Assembly (NCBI RefSeq): GCF_009914755.1
Contig: NC_060935.1
DNA from: the human T2T-CHM13v2.0 reference genome, Homo sapiens
Reading direction: 5' to 3' (one strand)
Length of the DNA stretch: 64,000 nt
Shown here: in pieces, positions 15,670 to 30,769 of the stretch
Layout: the number at the start of each line of letters is the position of its first letter
How positions within the stretch are numbered: position 1 is the first letter of the stretch
Notes under the pieces: generated by a model
Seen by the model: only the letters and a program-made list of their open reading frames with translations
Databases searched by the model: none
Told to the model about the DNA's origin: nothing
Translations under genes and position numbers: made by a program

Positions 15670-17122
15670 TCTGACAATATTTTTATAATTAAATATATAA
15701 ACATTTCATGATAGCAATACTATTTGTGTACATGTGTGATATGTATATATGCATATATAAGTGTATGTGTTTATGTGTGTGTGTGTATCTGCAAGAGAGG
15801 TAAACATAAGAGTGTTTACTATATAGATTATAGAAGAGATGATATTCAAGAATGGTGTTTGTGGTGAGATGGAACAGGAAGCAATGGAGAAATGAAATGT
15901 GACATATACATGGCGGCAAATGCTATGCAACCCATTGGAACAATAAATGGCAGCAACACTGTAGATCTTAATGTTGAGTGGGAAAAAAATAGTAATGACC
16001 AAATAATAGTAACCAAAGTAATAACATATCAATTGAATACATTGGCCATGATTGGGAGTTGAATAGAAGTGGAGATCAGCTATGAAGGGGCAAGAAAATA
16101 ACGTGAGACAGGTTCGCGTTCTTATAAGGAGCAGAAGAGTGACTGACTCAACTTCCTGCACTTAGGATCACATCGAATACCTGTATGAAATATAAGAAAA
16201 AAAAGCCAAACTTTATTCTTCATCAGGCTTTATTGATTGACGCATTCTATACATGGACAATTATTGAAAATCCCATTCCTAAAGTTTCTGTAAGACTTCT
16301 GATGGAAAAATATTATCCATTTGTATTGTCTTTATTCCTTTATTTCTTAGTGTAGTCCCAGAGGCATATACAACTTTGCTGTTTGTTTATTTGGCAATTT
16401 TTATTCTGATCATTTTTACTGGAGATAATCAAAAGTCATAATAGTAGTATGATGGATATAAAAATTATCACAGACGTCTTATATTGTGATTGACTTCACT
16501 CCCTCTACCTATCACACATTCTTCTGTGGGTGCTGTAATGTCTTCATGCACTTTCTTCTCAATGCTGCTATTTTAATTTTCCATGTTGATTGCTCAGGAG
16601 CACAACTCTATCATTATTTTTTAAATCATCTTTTAAAATCTACTGTTGTTTCATATCTCTTTCTCTTCTTGCAGCATTTCATACCCTGTAGATTTTCCTT
16701 TAAGTTAAAAAAAGTCAATAATTCAGTGCATTCCATAAAAATATATGTCAAAAGTAATGACTTGGCAACACTAAGATATGGAATTGTCTTTTAAATTATT
16801 AAAGAAAGACAAAATTGCATGGACTTTTTAAGTGCTATGCACATTTAATTAGAATATGTACTTTTTTAAAAAAAAAAAAAGAACCTCTTTCCTTGTCAAT
16901 TAACAGAGTATTTTCTTCAAAGTCCAGCACAAACATCACCTTCTCTGTAAAGATTTCCTTGCCTCATTTTAAATAAAATGAATTCTAAACAGAATTAATT
17001 TTGCCTTCTTCTCTGATCTTCAGTCGCTGCTTTGCTTTGGCCTGGAATCTGCTTCCTATGTCTAAGATATTTGAATAAGACTCTTCTCTGCATTCTGTTT
17101 GTTCATTTTGTTTTAAGTCTAT

Positions 17123-17166
17123 GCTTTCTTTGTTAGATCTAGTCGCTTTCTTTGTTAGATCTAGTC
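17123..17166. repeat. Perfect 22-bp tandem duplication
   Basis: GCTTTCTTTGTTAGATCTAGTC x2. Confidence 0.95.
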
Positions 17167-17528
17167 ACTTTTTATTTTCTTTTTTAATTTCAGCAGCTTT
17201 TTTAGTTTTGCAACTCTTCTTTATTTGTGATTATTTTTTGATTTGAATAACAAGTGACTAGTTTTATTTTGCAAATATTATTTTACTTTTATTTGGTAAA
17301 ATGCTACTTCTTTATAATTTAATGCCTTGGAATGTATTTGATCTGTTTGCTTAGCTCTTCAGTTTCCTTTTTAATGATAGTCCATAATGTGGTTTCCAAA
17401 TAAGGTGTTTCAGCATTATATGCAGAGCTTCTTAAGCATGTAAGTTCCTCATTCTCAACCTATGTGCACCAAAATAGAATTTTCAGAAACAGACCACTAA
17501 GGTCTGTATTTCTTACAAATCCACATGT

Positions 17529-17900
<372 letters not shown>

Positions 17901-18499
17901 TTATTTTCTTTCCGTTGAAAGAATCACTTTCTCATTGAGTACCAGTTTCTAATTATACAGGTCTATATTTTCTGTGTCACACTTTGTGAAGTTGCATAAA
18001 ATATACATACATATATATATATTATATATGTATTTTACTCAGTAGTATGTTAGACTCAGGTAAGAGCATTCTTGGTTTTGGAGCACACATTTAGATAGCC
18101 CTAAAAGTCACAAATACTCACACAAAAAATAATGTTATTTAGAAATGGGTGTCTCAGGAACTCAGCATATGGTGCTCAATTGTGGCACAATACACCACAT
18201 TAGCCAAACTATCTACTCTCATATTTAACACCATATAGACCTTAGGGAAACAATTAATCCCGACTCTTGTCCTATGTTCCTGAAAGGAAAGGCAGCTATA
18301 TCTAAATTGTTTGAAGGTTTGCAGATAATGCTACCATTGATGAGATGGAAGTCTGCTTTTGAACAAAGGAAGAAAATTAATTTGACATTTTTCAGAGAGT
18401 AATAGTGCAATATATTCTTACACATTTATATGATAGTTGTATGATATTTACGTGGAATGATATTACGGGCCAGAAAACAATGTTTGAACTAAATATATA

Positions 18500-18836
18500 C
18501 AATCATGCATCTCTTAATGACAGAGATTTTTTCTGAGAAAGCATAGTTATTTCATCAGCGTGTGAACATCACAGAGTATACTTACACAAACGTAAATGGT
18601 AAAACCTACCACACACACAAGCAATAAGATATAGCCTATTGCTTCTAGGCTACAAATTTGTATAGCATGTTACTGTGCTGAAAGCTGTAGACACATGTAA
18701 CACAATTGTATATATTTGTTTTGCTAAATGTTCCTGAACATAAGGTACAGTAAAAATAAGGTATCATATAATCTTATAGGACCACCTTCATATATGCAGT
18801 TTGTTGCTGACCAAAATGATATTTGGCATGGGACTA
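18500..18836 (+). mobile_element. Tigger3a (Golem) MITE
   Basis: CAATCATGCATCTCTTAATGAC...CTTACACAAAC...CTAGGCTACAAA...GGTACAGTAAAAATA matches Tigger3a layout. Confidence 0.82.
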
Positions 18837-19361
18837 TAATATTTTGTAAATAATGTATTTATTTTATTGCATATCTAAATGACACTGTCCACTAACAGAA
18901 GGAGACATATGTCAAAAACATCAAATTCAATCATGTTTGCCCATTGTCTGTGTATAATATAAACATTACAGCATTGCATATTTTAAATTATCAAGACATG
19001 TTCCAAGATACAGCATGCAACATGTTTTATTTAATAAGTCATTAATTTGATTTACAACTTTTATATACTTAGACAACAATTATGTTGCTTCTATTTACAT
19101 GATTATTCTAGGTCCTACAAATATTAAGCATCAGCCTATCCCTACAAACAGATTTAAAAGGCTCTAAGTTAACATTAATTCATTTTATGTTTAACCAATA
19201 TTATTTACGATACACAGCTATGCATTTTCCATTATCTACAGATGCACGAATTTTAACTAAGGCCAACAGTTATTCTGAAAGTTTGGAAGCCACCAGGTAA
19301 CAATAGCTGACCAAATAGAAAAGCTGCTACCTAACACTGTGTTACAGATAGAGAACAATAT

Positions 19362-19724
19362 TGTATTAGTCTGTTTTCACACTGCTATAAAGATACTACC
19401 TGAGACTAGATAATTTATAAACAAAAAAGGTTTAACTGACTCACAGTTCTGCATGGCTGGTGAGGCCTGGGGACACCTACAATCATGGTGGAAGTGGAAG
19501 GGGAAGCAAGGTATGTCTTAAATGGTGGCAGGAGAGAGAGGGAGTGCAGAGGATACTGCCACTTTTAAACTATCGGATTTGTGAGAACTCCCTCACTATC
19601 ACAAGAACAATCTGGGGGAAAGTGCCTCATGATCCAATAAGCTCCCACCAGGTCCCTTCCTCAACACATGAGGATTACAATTTGAGATGAGATTTGGGTT
19701 GGGACATAGAGCCAAACCATATCA
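19362..19724 (-). mobile_element. MaLR solo LTR (THE1D/MSTA-like)
   Basis: TGTATTAGTCTGTTTTCACACTGCTATAAAGATACTACCTGAGAC...GAGCCAAACCATATCA; flanks AATAT/AATGT. Confidence 0.88.
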
Positions 19725-19828
19725 AATGTTTAAAGCAGCATTTATCATCATGCCAAAAATATGTTGTTAGTATGCACTCAATGAATGCTCATTGAGTTGA
19801 ATTGGACTCATTTTCCTATTAGGTGAGA

Positions 19829-22794
19829 CACTCACCTGTGTGCTGCCTCCCATAATGGGTGGCACATAGCGGGTCCAAGTGAGTGAAGTTTGATCCCACC
19901 AGCACCAAAACGACCAGCTGGTTCCAGTGCTTGTGTACTCCAGTTCCCACCTTATTCACTCATGTGCTCCCTCCCATGCGTGTTGACAGCGGTGGGCTGA
20001 GTAAATGAGACACACTGTCACAAGTCCTGTGAAGGGGTCAGGGAACTATTCTACTTCATATGGAGTCTCCTCTGGCATGTCAGAAAGGTGAGTAAATGTG
20101 GATCTGTTGGATCTCTCTCTTCTTGTCCTCAGACTTTTCTCTGAGTTATGCCATTTGCAGAAGACAGGATGCAACCCTGCCACCTCTTTCGTTCTTTTGG
20201 GCAAAAGGAATGCTGGCTCTGTTTCCCTTCATGGAAGTCTAGCTGTCGCATGGGGCTGGAATAAAGTCCTGGGGCAACTGACACCATCTGGCTGAGGGCA
20301 CTCCTTGGTGTTGCCAGAAGGCCCCTAGACTGGACCCCATCGCCAACCACCTGGTAGGGCATCAACCAAGACCTCCAGACTTTTCTATGGTATCTTTCCT
20401 TCTTTCTTTTATGTTTTGAAATGGCTCCTATCTCTTCTTTTATAATGTAACGGGTGTTACTGCAAACTGCAGAAATGCTACTAGGTAGAATGAGCATTTG
20501 ACCCAGTCACGAGATACGCGATTCAGAACAATGTGATTTTCATTTGTGCTTAGAGGAGTGACCACCCCCCACCCCCACCTCAACAGCCACGGGTGTGTTT
20601 AGCACCGGACAGCTCCCCTCCTCACTCACTCCCCTCCTACCTGGGGCACTTCTGCACCCAGGTCCAGTTCTCCTTCCCTCTACAGGACTTAAGGCAAATT
20701 AAGGGGGATCTTGACAACTTTTCAGATGACCCTGAAAGATATATATAGGCTTTCCAGTATTTAACACAAGTATTTGAACTTTCCTGGAAAGATGATTAGT
20801 TACTTTTGAATCAAACCCTGACTAGCACTGAGAAGCAGACTACTCTGCAAGCAGCAGAGAGATTTGGGGATGAGCTTTGTATCACATATAGTGTCAGGGA
20901 AGGGGTCAAACTTTATCCAACTGGAAGAGAAGCAGTACCAATTGGATGACTCTAGATGGGATCCCAATAATAATTTGGGAGAATGGAAAAGGAGACACTT
21001 TCAGGTGTGCATAATGGAGGGACTAGTATACCAATTACACCAAGTTCAATTACACCAAGCTATCCATGATAGGCCAAGGATTTGATGAGAATCCCATTGC
21101 CTTCCCAGAGAGTCTAAGAGGGACCTTGGTAAAGCACACCTCTAGATCTCCTGTTTCAGCTGAGAGACAACTAATCCTAAAGGATAAATTTATTACTCAG
21201 CAGGAAGGTGCAGAAACAGGCCCTGGGACCAGATAGTACTTTGAGAACCTCCTGAAAGTGGCCACCTCAGTCTTTTACAATACCTCACTGGAATAGATTC
21301 TTGGATTTATTATACCTGAGTAAAGGCCTGGGAAGCTGATGGAATTACCTCCCTCAACCCAGAAGAGCACCCAAAGTACCAACGTGAAGAAACCAGGCTC
21401 AAGCTAAAAATCACAAAAGGTAAGTGTTAATAATTCACCTTCCATGGATATCCTCTTTATAGTCTTGCCTATGCTTGCTGATCTTACCTTTTTTCTGTTC
21501 TATGCCACAGGGTACAATGTTTTAGGGATGATTAGTGTATTTCACTTCTTATTTCTGTAATCTTTGGCATTAGATTCTTTTATTTTAACCCCTTTTCATA
21601 CAATACACATATTTGATCAATGCATACTTAACTTTGTGAAACTTGTTTCTTCTCACCTAGAGGTCATCAAACTCCAAATGGGAAGGCAATCTGATCCTTG
21701 GACAATGGCTCCCTCTTCCTGGGAACCCTAAAATAGATCTCTGGGAAGAATCTGACTGTTGTTCACCTCAAAACTACACCCACTGTCGGCAGGAATTAGC
21801 TAAATCAGTCATTGTCCATGTTCTAACAGCAGTTAGATGTGCCTCTTCAGAGTGGGGAAATAATAGGGACAGGAGACAGACAAATTCTAGACAGAAAAAG
21901 GCAGGTCCTTGGCGAAAAACCAACCCTCAAGCAGAAAAGCCTGAAACTGCGGCCCAACGTGACAACTTATATCCCTGTTTTCCCACTTGAATGTTGCCTT
22001 TTCCTAAACCACCCATGGCCGTGGCCCTTCCCATCCTGTGCCTATAAAGACCCCAGACTCAGCAGACAGAAAGGAGAAGTAGCTGGACATCAGAGAGAAG
22101 CAGCTTGACTTCAGAGGGACAGCTTGATGGCATAAGTTAGGAGAATAATCCAGACAGACATGGCCAGACTTCAAAAAAGATTAGCTACACAACCCATCCC
22201 CTTTTCAGCTCCCCTTCCCACTGAGTGCCACTTTCATTGGCAATAAAATCTCCTGCATTTACTATCCTTTCATTTGTTCATGTGATCTCATTTCTCCTGG
22301 ATGCCATACCAGAGCTCAGAAGCCATGAGTCTGGATACAAAAGGTTGTCAACGTGGCCCTTTGCCCTCACTGGTGGAGGGCAGCTGTAGGCCCACTGAGT
22401 TGTTAACACTTAAGGCATCCATCAATGGCAGAGATAAAGAGCACTGTAATACACTCTCTGAGGCTCTGTGAGTTCCAGGCACCCTGCCTGCACACTGCCA
22501 TGGAATCTGCAGGGAATTTACCCCCGCTGGTGCCCAAAAGCACTTGCTCCAGCTCCTGCACCCTCTCATCTGTGAATTCCCTCCCATGAAGGGTGGAACA
22601 CAGCAGGTCTGAATTAGTGGAGTTTGCTCCTGCCTGTGTCAAAATGGCCAGCTGGTTCTAGCACCTGTGCACTCCAGTTCCCACCTTGTTTACTCATGCA
22701 CTCCTTCCCATGAGGAGTTGAGAGGGGCAAGCTAAGTAAATGAGGCACCCCTGTCGCAAGTCCTGTGAAGGGGTCATGGAAATATCCTGCATTA
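19829..22794 (+). mobile_element. Internally deleted ERV1 provirus (HUERS-P-like, LTR1/LTR28-group LTRs)
   Basis: Partial 5' LTR 19829-20058; degenerate tRNA-Pro PBS TGGAGTCTCCTCTGGCAT at 20061-20078; gag relic; PPT AGAGTGGGGAAA; full 3' LTR 21861-22794 whose 3' part is homologous to the 5' LTR remnant. Confidence 0.8.
20686..21283 (+). pseudogene. gag: Gammaretrovirus-like gag capsid relic with stops and frameshifts
   Basis: Translates as DLRQIKGDLDNFSDDPERYI*AFQYLTQVFELSWKD..., later QGFDENPIAFPESLRGTLVKHT (major homology region-like). Confidence 0.8.
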
Positions 22795-23109
22795 ATAGTG
22801 TACTAACAGAAAGAAAAGTCAGAAAAACACATGAGAGAGGTGTCAGGGAAGATTTATTTGAGGATCTGATTTTATTTTCCTGAGCTTGGAATGATGAGAT
22901 GGGAAAGAGGATTCCTGGCACAGGGCACAGCAGTGGCATGTGCTAGCAGTTAAAAGGGTTTGGCATGCTCATGGACCATGAAAGTGACCATACTGAGCAA
23001 GGCACAGAGTGAGATAGCTTAGATGGGAATGCTAGGTAAAGGCCAGATTAGTAATATCTCCTTATACCTCATATTACATGATTCAGTTTTATTCTAAGTT
23101 ATAGAGATA

Positions 23110-23250
23110 TTGCATGTGTTTGTATTCTATACAAACACATATATAATGTACATACTATACACACAATATATTAATATATACAGTATATACATATATATGG
23201 TATATACATATATATGGTATATAACTATACTGTGTGTATATATATATAAT
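23110..23250. repeat. TA-rich low-complexity tract
   Basis: Degenerate (TA)n/(CA)n. Confidence 0.8.
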
Positions 23251-23443
23251 GAATTTTTATATACAATACATTGCATCCATTTTAAGAATAAACTTTGAAT
23301 TTTGACAACCAGCTATGCCCCTGTAATCACCACTGTAATTAAAACATTTTCATGGCTCCAGAACAGTTCCCTTTTGTCCTTTGCAGCCATCTTCTCTCCA
23401 CCACTACCTTTAGAAAATCACTGGCTTTTTTATAACTGTATAT

Positions 23444-23672
23444 TAGGGTTTCTCATATTCAGCAATATTAATACTTTGGGCTGGGTAATTTCTTGTTGGG
23501 GGAGAGGGATGCTGCCCTGTGCATTGTAGGATTTTTAAGCATCATCCCTGGTCTGTACCTATGAGATGGCAGAACTCTTATCCCACAATTCCAGTTGTGA
23601 CAACCAGAAATTACTATAGACTTTGCCAGACATACCCTGGGGAGCAAAACTGCATCTACTTGAGAACCCCTG
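23444..23672. mobile_element. MER20 (hAT-Charlie MITE) within old reverse L1M fragments
   Basis: CTGCCCTGTGCATTGTAGGAT, GTTGTGACAACCAGAAA, TTGAGAACCCCTG motifs. Confidence 0.78.
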
Positions 23673-25319
23673 CTATGAGTTAGTTTTTCCTCTTCTATTA
23701 TTTAATAAAATACAATCATATAGAATACAATATTTGGCCTGGTTTCTCTCTCTTGGCATAATGGTTTTGAGACATATCCAGGTTACGTGCACCATTTTCT
23801 TATTTATTTTTAATAAATAAAGATTCCTGTATTCATAAACCACAATTTGTTTAAACATATACTTTTTCCATGTTCTTTAAATCCTTGACATAGCAGCTTC
23901 AATCTTTAATTTACACTTTTATCATCTCAGACTTTCTGAGTCTTTTTCTATTAATTTATCCACTGGTTGTGAGTCACATTTTTCTCTTTCTTTCTCATGT
24001 TAGTGATTTTTTTTTTCAGTGGATATTAGACATTATTAATTTACATTGTAGGATGTTGGATTTTGTTGTCTTTCTTTAAATAGTGGATTTTTTTTTTGGC
24101 CAAGCAGTCAATTTACTTATAGATCATTTTGTTCTTTCAAGTCTTCTATTTTGTTGTTGTTATTCAGGTGGACAACAATGTATGATTTAAAACAGAGAAG
24201 TAATATAAGTGTGTTTTACTAAAACAACAAAAGCAACATCAAAAAACTTTGTGGCTTATATCAGATCTAGCTAAAATGAAAATAACACCGTTCTGATTTT
24301 CTGTGTAAAACCTTTCAAATCCTCATGATCACATAATGAATGGAGTCCAGTTCTCTTAGCATTGTTTGCAAAACCCTCCATTATCAGGCTTATGTCTTCC
24401 TATTCTCTTTTCTCTTCAACCATTCGCTGCCCCTCCTATAACATTCTTCAAACATGGATATGCTTGGGATTTTTTTGTGTACACAATTTTTTTTAAAATA
24501 TACACCTATATTCTGTAGCTTCCCTTTGTCCTTTTCCTCAATGGAAAACATTACTCTGCCTCTATCTTTCAATGTTAAATTATGTATACACATACATACA
24601 AATGTGGACTCAGTCAATCAGTCAATACATATTGTTTCATCTGATTCCTGTAAACAATCCAATAGTAAGTTGAAGCTCATAGGGCTAAAGAATTTGTCTA
24701 GATGTGAATCCCATAACTCAAGTGTGGTTGAGCTAAAACTCAAATTCGAGTTCTCTGGAGAAAATGCATTCCTCTTTTCATGATATCAATTTTTTTTCCT
24801 CCTATTCCTTAGGATAAGTGAAGAAACTCTTTGCTAGGAATATAATTCTGTTCTATAAATTTATCTGATTGGCTAATTTAAGAACCAGGAATTACAAATT
24901 CTGGAAGACTTCAAACTTACAGCTTCAATTTTCTGCCTTTTCAAAAGCATTAATTTTTTTTTCAGACCACCATAATTTTAAGATCCAACTGAATGTCAAT
25001 GCTTAATTAGCAATGCTAATTTAACTCTCAAAATCCAGTAGTTACAGATTTTTAAATAGGTCAAAAGTTACCAGAAATTCATCCTCTAAGCTAATAACCC
25101 AAGCACAAAGGTCCTGTTAGAACATAGAAATTGTATTTAGCAATTTTTCCTCAAAGGATATAAAACTTCTGATTTTATAACCCTTTCAACAGACTAAGTA
25201 ACAACTATGCAGATAATTACAGCTTATCCATTGCATTTAAATTGAATTTCAAAAGTTTGGGTGTTGTATTATTTTGTAAGCCAAAAATTATAATAATATC
25301 TTACACTTGAAAGGGGTTT

Positions 25320-25460
25320 TATGTTTAGAAAGTACTTTCATATGCATTATCTTATTTTATCCTCATGACAATCCTATGGAGAGATATTATTATCACCCAC
25401 CACTTTACATGTGCTGAAACAAACTCAGGCATTGCAAATTGCTCAATGCCACTCAGCATA
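25320..25460 (-). mobile_element. MIR fragment
   Basis: TATCTTATTTTATCCTCATGACAATCCTATG...TATTATTATC...TTTACA core. Confidence 0.55.
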
Positions 25461-25737
25461 TGGCCACACTGGGGCCCATTTGGGGACTTAAAATTCATCC
25501 AAATTTACACCCTATTATATAAAGAAAAGTATTGTTAATTACCAATACTCTGATAAAATAGAATTTGAGAGTTGCATAACTAAGAGAGGAAAGATGGCTA
25601 TTTATTTTTCTTCAACTCCAGTGTCCACATTTCTTTCAATCTTCAAATAAACATGGGATTATAATAAAACAAAATAACATAGTCCCCTCTAAACTTCGGA
25701 GAAATTAAATATATCTCTTCTGAAAACATTGCAATAA

Positions 25738-26045
25738 GGCTAGCCACAGTGGCTAATGCCTGTAATCCCAGCAATTTGGGAGGCCCAGGAGACCACTTGG
25801 GGCCAGGAGTTCGAGACCAGCCTAGCCAAAATGGCAAAACCCCATCTCTACTAAAAATAACAAAAATTACTGGGCATGCCTGGTGCTTGCCTGTAATCCC
25901 AGCTACTCAGGAAGCTGAGGCATGAGAATTGCTTAAACCCAGGAGGCAGAGATTGCAGTAAGCCAAGATCGCGTCACCTCACCCCAGCCTGGGTGACACA
26001 CTGAGACTCTGTCTTAAACAAACAAAAAACAAAAACAACAACAAA
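25738..26045 (+). mobile_element. Alu (S/J) with small left-arm deletion, (CAAA)n tail
   Basis: Dimeric Alu sequence. Confidence 0.88.
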
Positions 26046-26949
26046 ATGTAAGTAAGCAAATATAAGCTATTCCACTAATAAAAAAATGAGCATAAAAATT
26101 TAAAGATCTAAATCAAGATCACTCATTTAATTTTTGCTGTAAACCTATGGTCAAGGAATTGCCTCCACTTAATAGACTTGGTGTCTTCTCATAGATTACA
26201 GGCATTTCCTTCAAACAAAACAAAAGAAAATATTTATTTATTCTTCTGTATAAGAAATGTGTTTGATATTATAGGGTATAAAAATATGAATTACATACTA
26301 TCCCACTCCCTATAGGGGTTTGAAAATTATCAGAGGGGACCAATGCATACACAAATGATGCAATACCCTCCATATAACTGGGAAGTTACTTAGAAAAAAA
26401 CAACACTTATATTGAATTTATGTTTCTACTGAAATGAAGTCATATACAGATAAAGTGGAACTCTGAAACCTTTGGAAAAGCAGACATATCACTGTACACC
26501 TGAAGGCAGTTTACCCACAAGAAGAAGAGATGAGACTCTTACACATGAGCTCACATCCTCAGTAGAATGATGCTGTGAAGCTGACCAGAAAAGAAGAAAG
26601 ACAAAAATTTCAAAAATACAGCCTGCTTCTGCCAAATGAGTGGAGGGGAGGCTTAAGGAGTAGGTTGTGAGAAAAAAACGTAATGAACATCTACAGAATC
26701 TAAGAAATCCCAGTCACAGAAATAAAAACACCATATAATGCACGGCGCACTCAAAGCCAGTAACTAAGGCAGAAAATGGTGGTAAAAAGAATTCATGAAA
26801 GCGTTCAAAGTTTTTGGCTGTTATGCATGAAAAAGACTATACACTTCATTGATATTACAGGATGTGAAGGCAGGGAGTGTTGTAGGTGCCAACATTGGTG
26901 AATACTTTTGGAGAAAAAGTTAATAAGAGTATAAATCACAGATAATTAA

Positions 26950-27264
<315 letters not shown>

Positions 27265-28519
27265 AGGAAAGTAGTTTTTATTGTGCTAATCCTTATGAAG
27301 GACCATACAAGAGTTAACAGAAGCTAAAAACAAGTACGTTATCCGTGCAAAACTGTGTTCCCCCTTTCATCTACTGAACATGTGAGTAAAGTAAGTGACA
27401 ATTCCCTTTGCACTTTAACTTGTGAGGGTGTTATGGATATAGAACTGGGAAAAGAAAGCACAATTATCTGCTGGCCCCTGAAGATCCTCAAGTGTCTCTG
27501 AACCATAGGGTCTTGTGATCAGTGATATTCAGTGAAATTTAGGTTTTCTACTCAGTAAAAGAATAGGCATGGATCTGGCTAGAGGCTGCAGGTCTTCCAA
27601 AGCTCTGCTTTCCTATGGAGTGCTTAAAATAATATGCCCAGGCTTTCATTGACCATCAAAGTTTGCCCTGTTTATTAGCAGATGAATCTCCCCTGGGAAA
27701 GCAACATAGCTGTCTTTTATGAATCACTTACTATGGATCAGTCATAAAAAAAAAACCTCTATGTATATTTTCTCATTAAACTCGAGTTATAATGCCTACT
27801 CTGTGAGATGCTATAGGTTCCCCATTTTGAGGCCCACGAGTTTAAAGAACAAGATAATATAGCCAATTAGCAGCCACAATAAGATTCAAAGTCTGTTAAT
27901 CTGTTCGCAGACAGAATGCTCAACCATCACTCTAGGCTGCCTTTAGGAAGTCCACATAGCTATAATGTATGTTTTCTTTGTGCTATATCACAGGTGAATC
28001 ATTTTATATTTCTGTTTGTTGTACAGGTCCCTTACCCTTACAGTAATCAGTAACCTGAATCTCAGAAAGTGAAAGAAAGGAAGGTAATTAAGGAGGGATC
28101 AGAGCTCCAAAGAAAGCATGAAAAGGAAAGGGGAGGGATTCACATATAAAATGTTATTATGCGAGTGCTATAATATTAGTCATTGGTCAGTGTTTGTAAT
28201 AGGATACACAAGATAGACTCACTGGTTACTGGAATTGCAAGAAGAAATTATAGTTTCTATACTTCTGATTAATGGAGAATTAATACCTATACCACATGCT
28301 AGAGACAGCATTTTCCATTAAACTACCCTTGCACTTAAGAGAGTATAGAGGTCAGGGAGATGAGAAAGACAGAGCTGTAGTTCCCTGACAAATAAACTGG
28401 GCAGTTGGTACTTTTTACAACAAATGGTGTCCTTGGAAACAGCTAATAAAGATTTGGTCAGTTAAAGACTGTACCATAAGAAACACAAGCTCCTTAAGAA
28501 TGAATATTTAAATGATCTT

Positions 28520-28860
28520 CTATTGTCTGAATGTTTGTCCCCTAAAAATCCCTGTTATAATCCCAAGGTGCTGATACTGAGAAGTCGAGGCTTTTGGGAA
28601 GTGATTAGATCATAGGAGTTGAAACTTCATGAGTGGAGTTAGAGTCTTTATAAAAGAGGCCCAAGGGAGCTTCTTTGCCACTTCCACCATGTGAAGACAC
28701 AGGGAGAAGGCACCATCTATGAGGATGGGGCACTTATGGGGCATCAAAGGTACTGTACCTTAATCTTGTTCTTCTAAGGATCCTAGACTTAGAGAAATAA
28801 ATTTCTGTGTTTTATAAGCCACCTACTTTATGATATATTTGTTATATAAGCTCAAGAACA
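28520..28860 (+). mobile_element. MLT1A-type MaLR LTR
   Basis: TCTGAATGTTTGTCCCC...CTTATAAAAGAGGCCC...AGAAATAAATTTCTG...ATAAGCCACC. Confidence 0.8.
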
Positions 28861-29428
28861 TCAGAACAGAACCTAAAGGATGATCAGATTTCTAGAGACC
28901 TGGGCAAAACTTGCACGCAATGCTTTCTTTGTTCCTCAACTTTGACCCTACAAATTGAGTTCCCCTACCAAAGTATACTGAATCCAACACATTCAGGAAG
29001 AATATCCCCAGGTCCCACCCTACTCACTGCCAATTCCTGAATCTTCTTTCTAGGTTCTTACATCTGATTTTCTAGGCTATTACTGAATTTCTTTAGTTCC
29101 TGACCTTTTTCTGGTTCTACATCTAATTTTTAGTCTTATGTTTTTCCTTAACATAAATTCGTTAACTCTGGCCTACAGCTCCCCTCCTCAGCTGTCATTT
29201 AGTAACACTCTCCTTTGCATTCGCCTTTGGAGCCATGTAACGTTCATATGTGTGGTAGTTTGTGCCTCATTTGATTCAGTTGGATGCTATGTGTGATGTT
29301 AACAGTCTGAACTGGAACACTCAAACAAAGATTAGGCCTTTTCCCACCATTATTTCAGATATTTTCTTCTTTTCTTCAGAGTCTTCCCTGAATTATACCC
29401 TGAGTCCCTAGACATTTTCCCATGATAC

Positions 29429-29490
29429 AAAAGAAAGAAAGGAAAGAAGAAAGAATAGAAGGAAGGAAGGAAGGAAGGAAGGAAGGAAAA
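29429..29490. repeat. (GAAA)/(GGAA)n purine microsatellite
   Basis: Direct reading. Confidence 0.9.
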
Positions 29491-30769
29491 AGGGACAAGA
29501 AATATTCTAAATCAATGAGTATCATAACATGTATCCTGGTTAATGATTTTGACACAATTGCTAGGAATATCATATAATTTCTTATACATTTATAATTCAT
29601 TCTTTGTTCATTTTAAACCAAAGAAGCAGCAAATTGTAATGCACATTGTTCCAATTAACTCTCCCTGTAGTCCAGTAAGAAAAAGAAGCTTAAAACAAAT
29701 ACAAGTATTTATTTCTTTCCTTTGCCTCACTTGCCTAAGCTTTTACTGAAAGCTTTTAAACAAATGTTATACTTCATGGATATGACCAAAATAACAGGAA
29801 GCTGCAAAGATATATTGACTTGAGACTAAGGCTTAATCAATTGATTGGAGATATGTAGAATAAAAGCAAAACTTTCAAATGGCCTTTGGATAATTTTGTC
29901 TCACTAAGTTTATCTGAAATAAAAAATCTATATGGTTCTTCAGACTCTTCCATTGACTGATTTTTGCAACCACTTACAAAACCTGATTTTTACTCTCACA
30001 TAGTACAAAGAAAAGTAGAATTTGATAAGTACTTAGCAAATTTGACAAATGTGGGTATGTCTATACAAAGTTAAACTCTGTGCTGTGAAGGGAAAGTCTC
30101 AAGCCTCAAATAGCAGGAGAGTGAAGGTATTACAGTGAATAGAAAACTGACTTTATAGTCACACAAATTCTAGACTAAATCCCTTTTCACTGCTGATTAT
30201 GTAGCATAGATTGAATTATTCATCTTGGCTAAGTTTATGCCTTCTCACCTGTACAATAGAAATAAAACTAATTAAAATGTAGATATCATGAATATTAAAA
30301 ATTACATGTACACATCTAAAATAGCTGGTATCCAATGAATAGTGGCTTCTTTTAATATTACTATAGATTACTGTAATGTCATTATCATCATTTCGAACAT
30401 TCATATGTAGATTTTTGTCAACTAATTATACCCTTCAAAAGCTAAATTGACAAATATGATGTGAATATGTTATGTTTTATGTCATATAGAATCTTTGTAT
30501 TTTTATGTAGTGAAGCTTAATATATAGTAATTGTTAAGTCAACTATAGGTAGTCAATTTAAAATATGAGTTTCAAATATATATCTCTTCAAATTTATGGA
30601 GGTCTACATAGAATCTGATCATATTTGTTACTATATGAGGAAAAACTAAAAGGAATCAAGCTAGGAACTTTAACTTTTCATCTATACTTTAACATTATTT
30701 AAAATTTTCACCTTGAGCACTGCACGTGTATGTGTGTGTGGTGTATGAAATCTCACAAATGTTAGCAAT

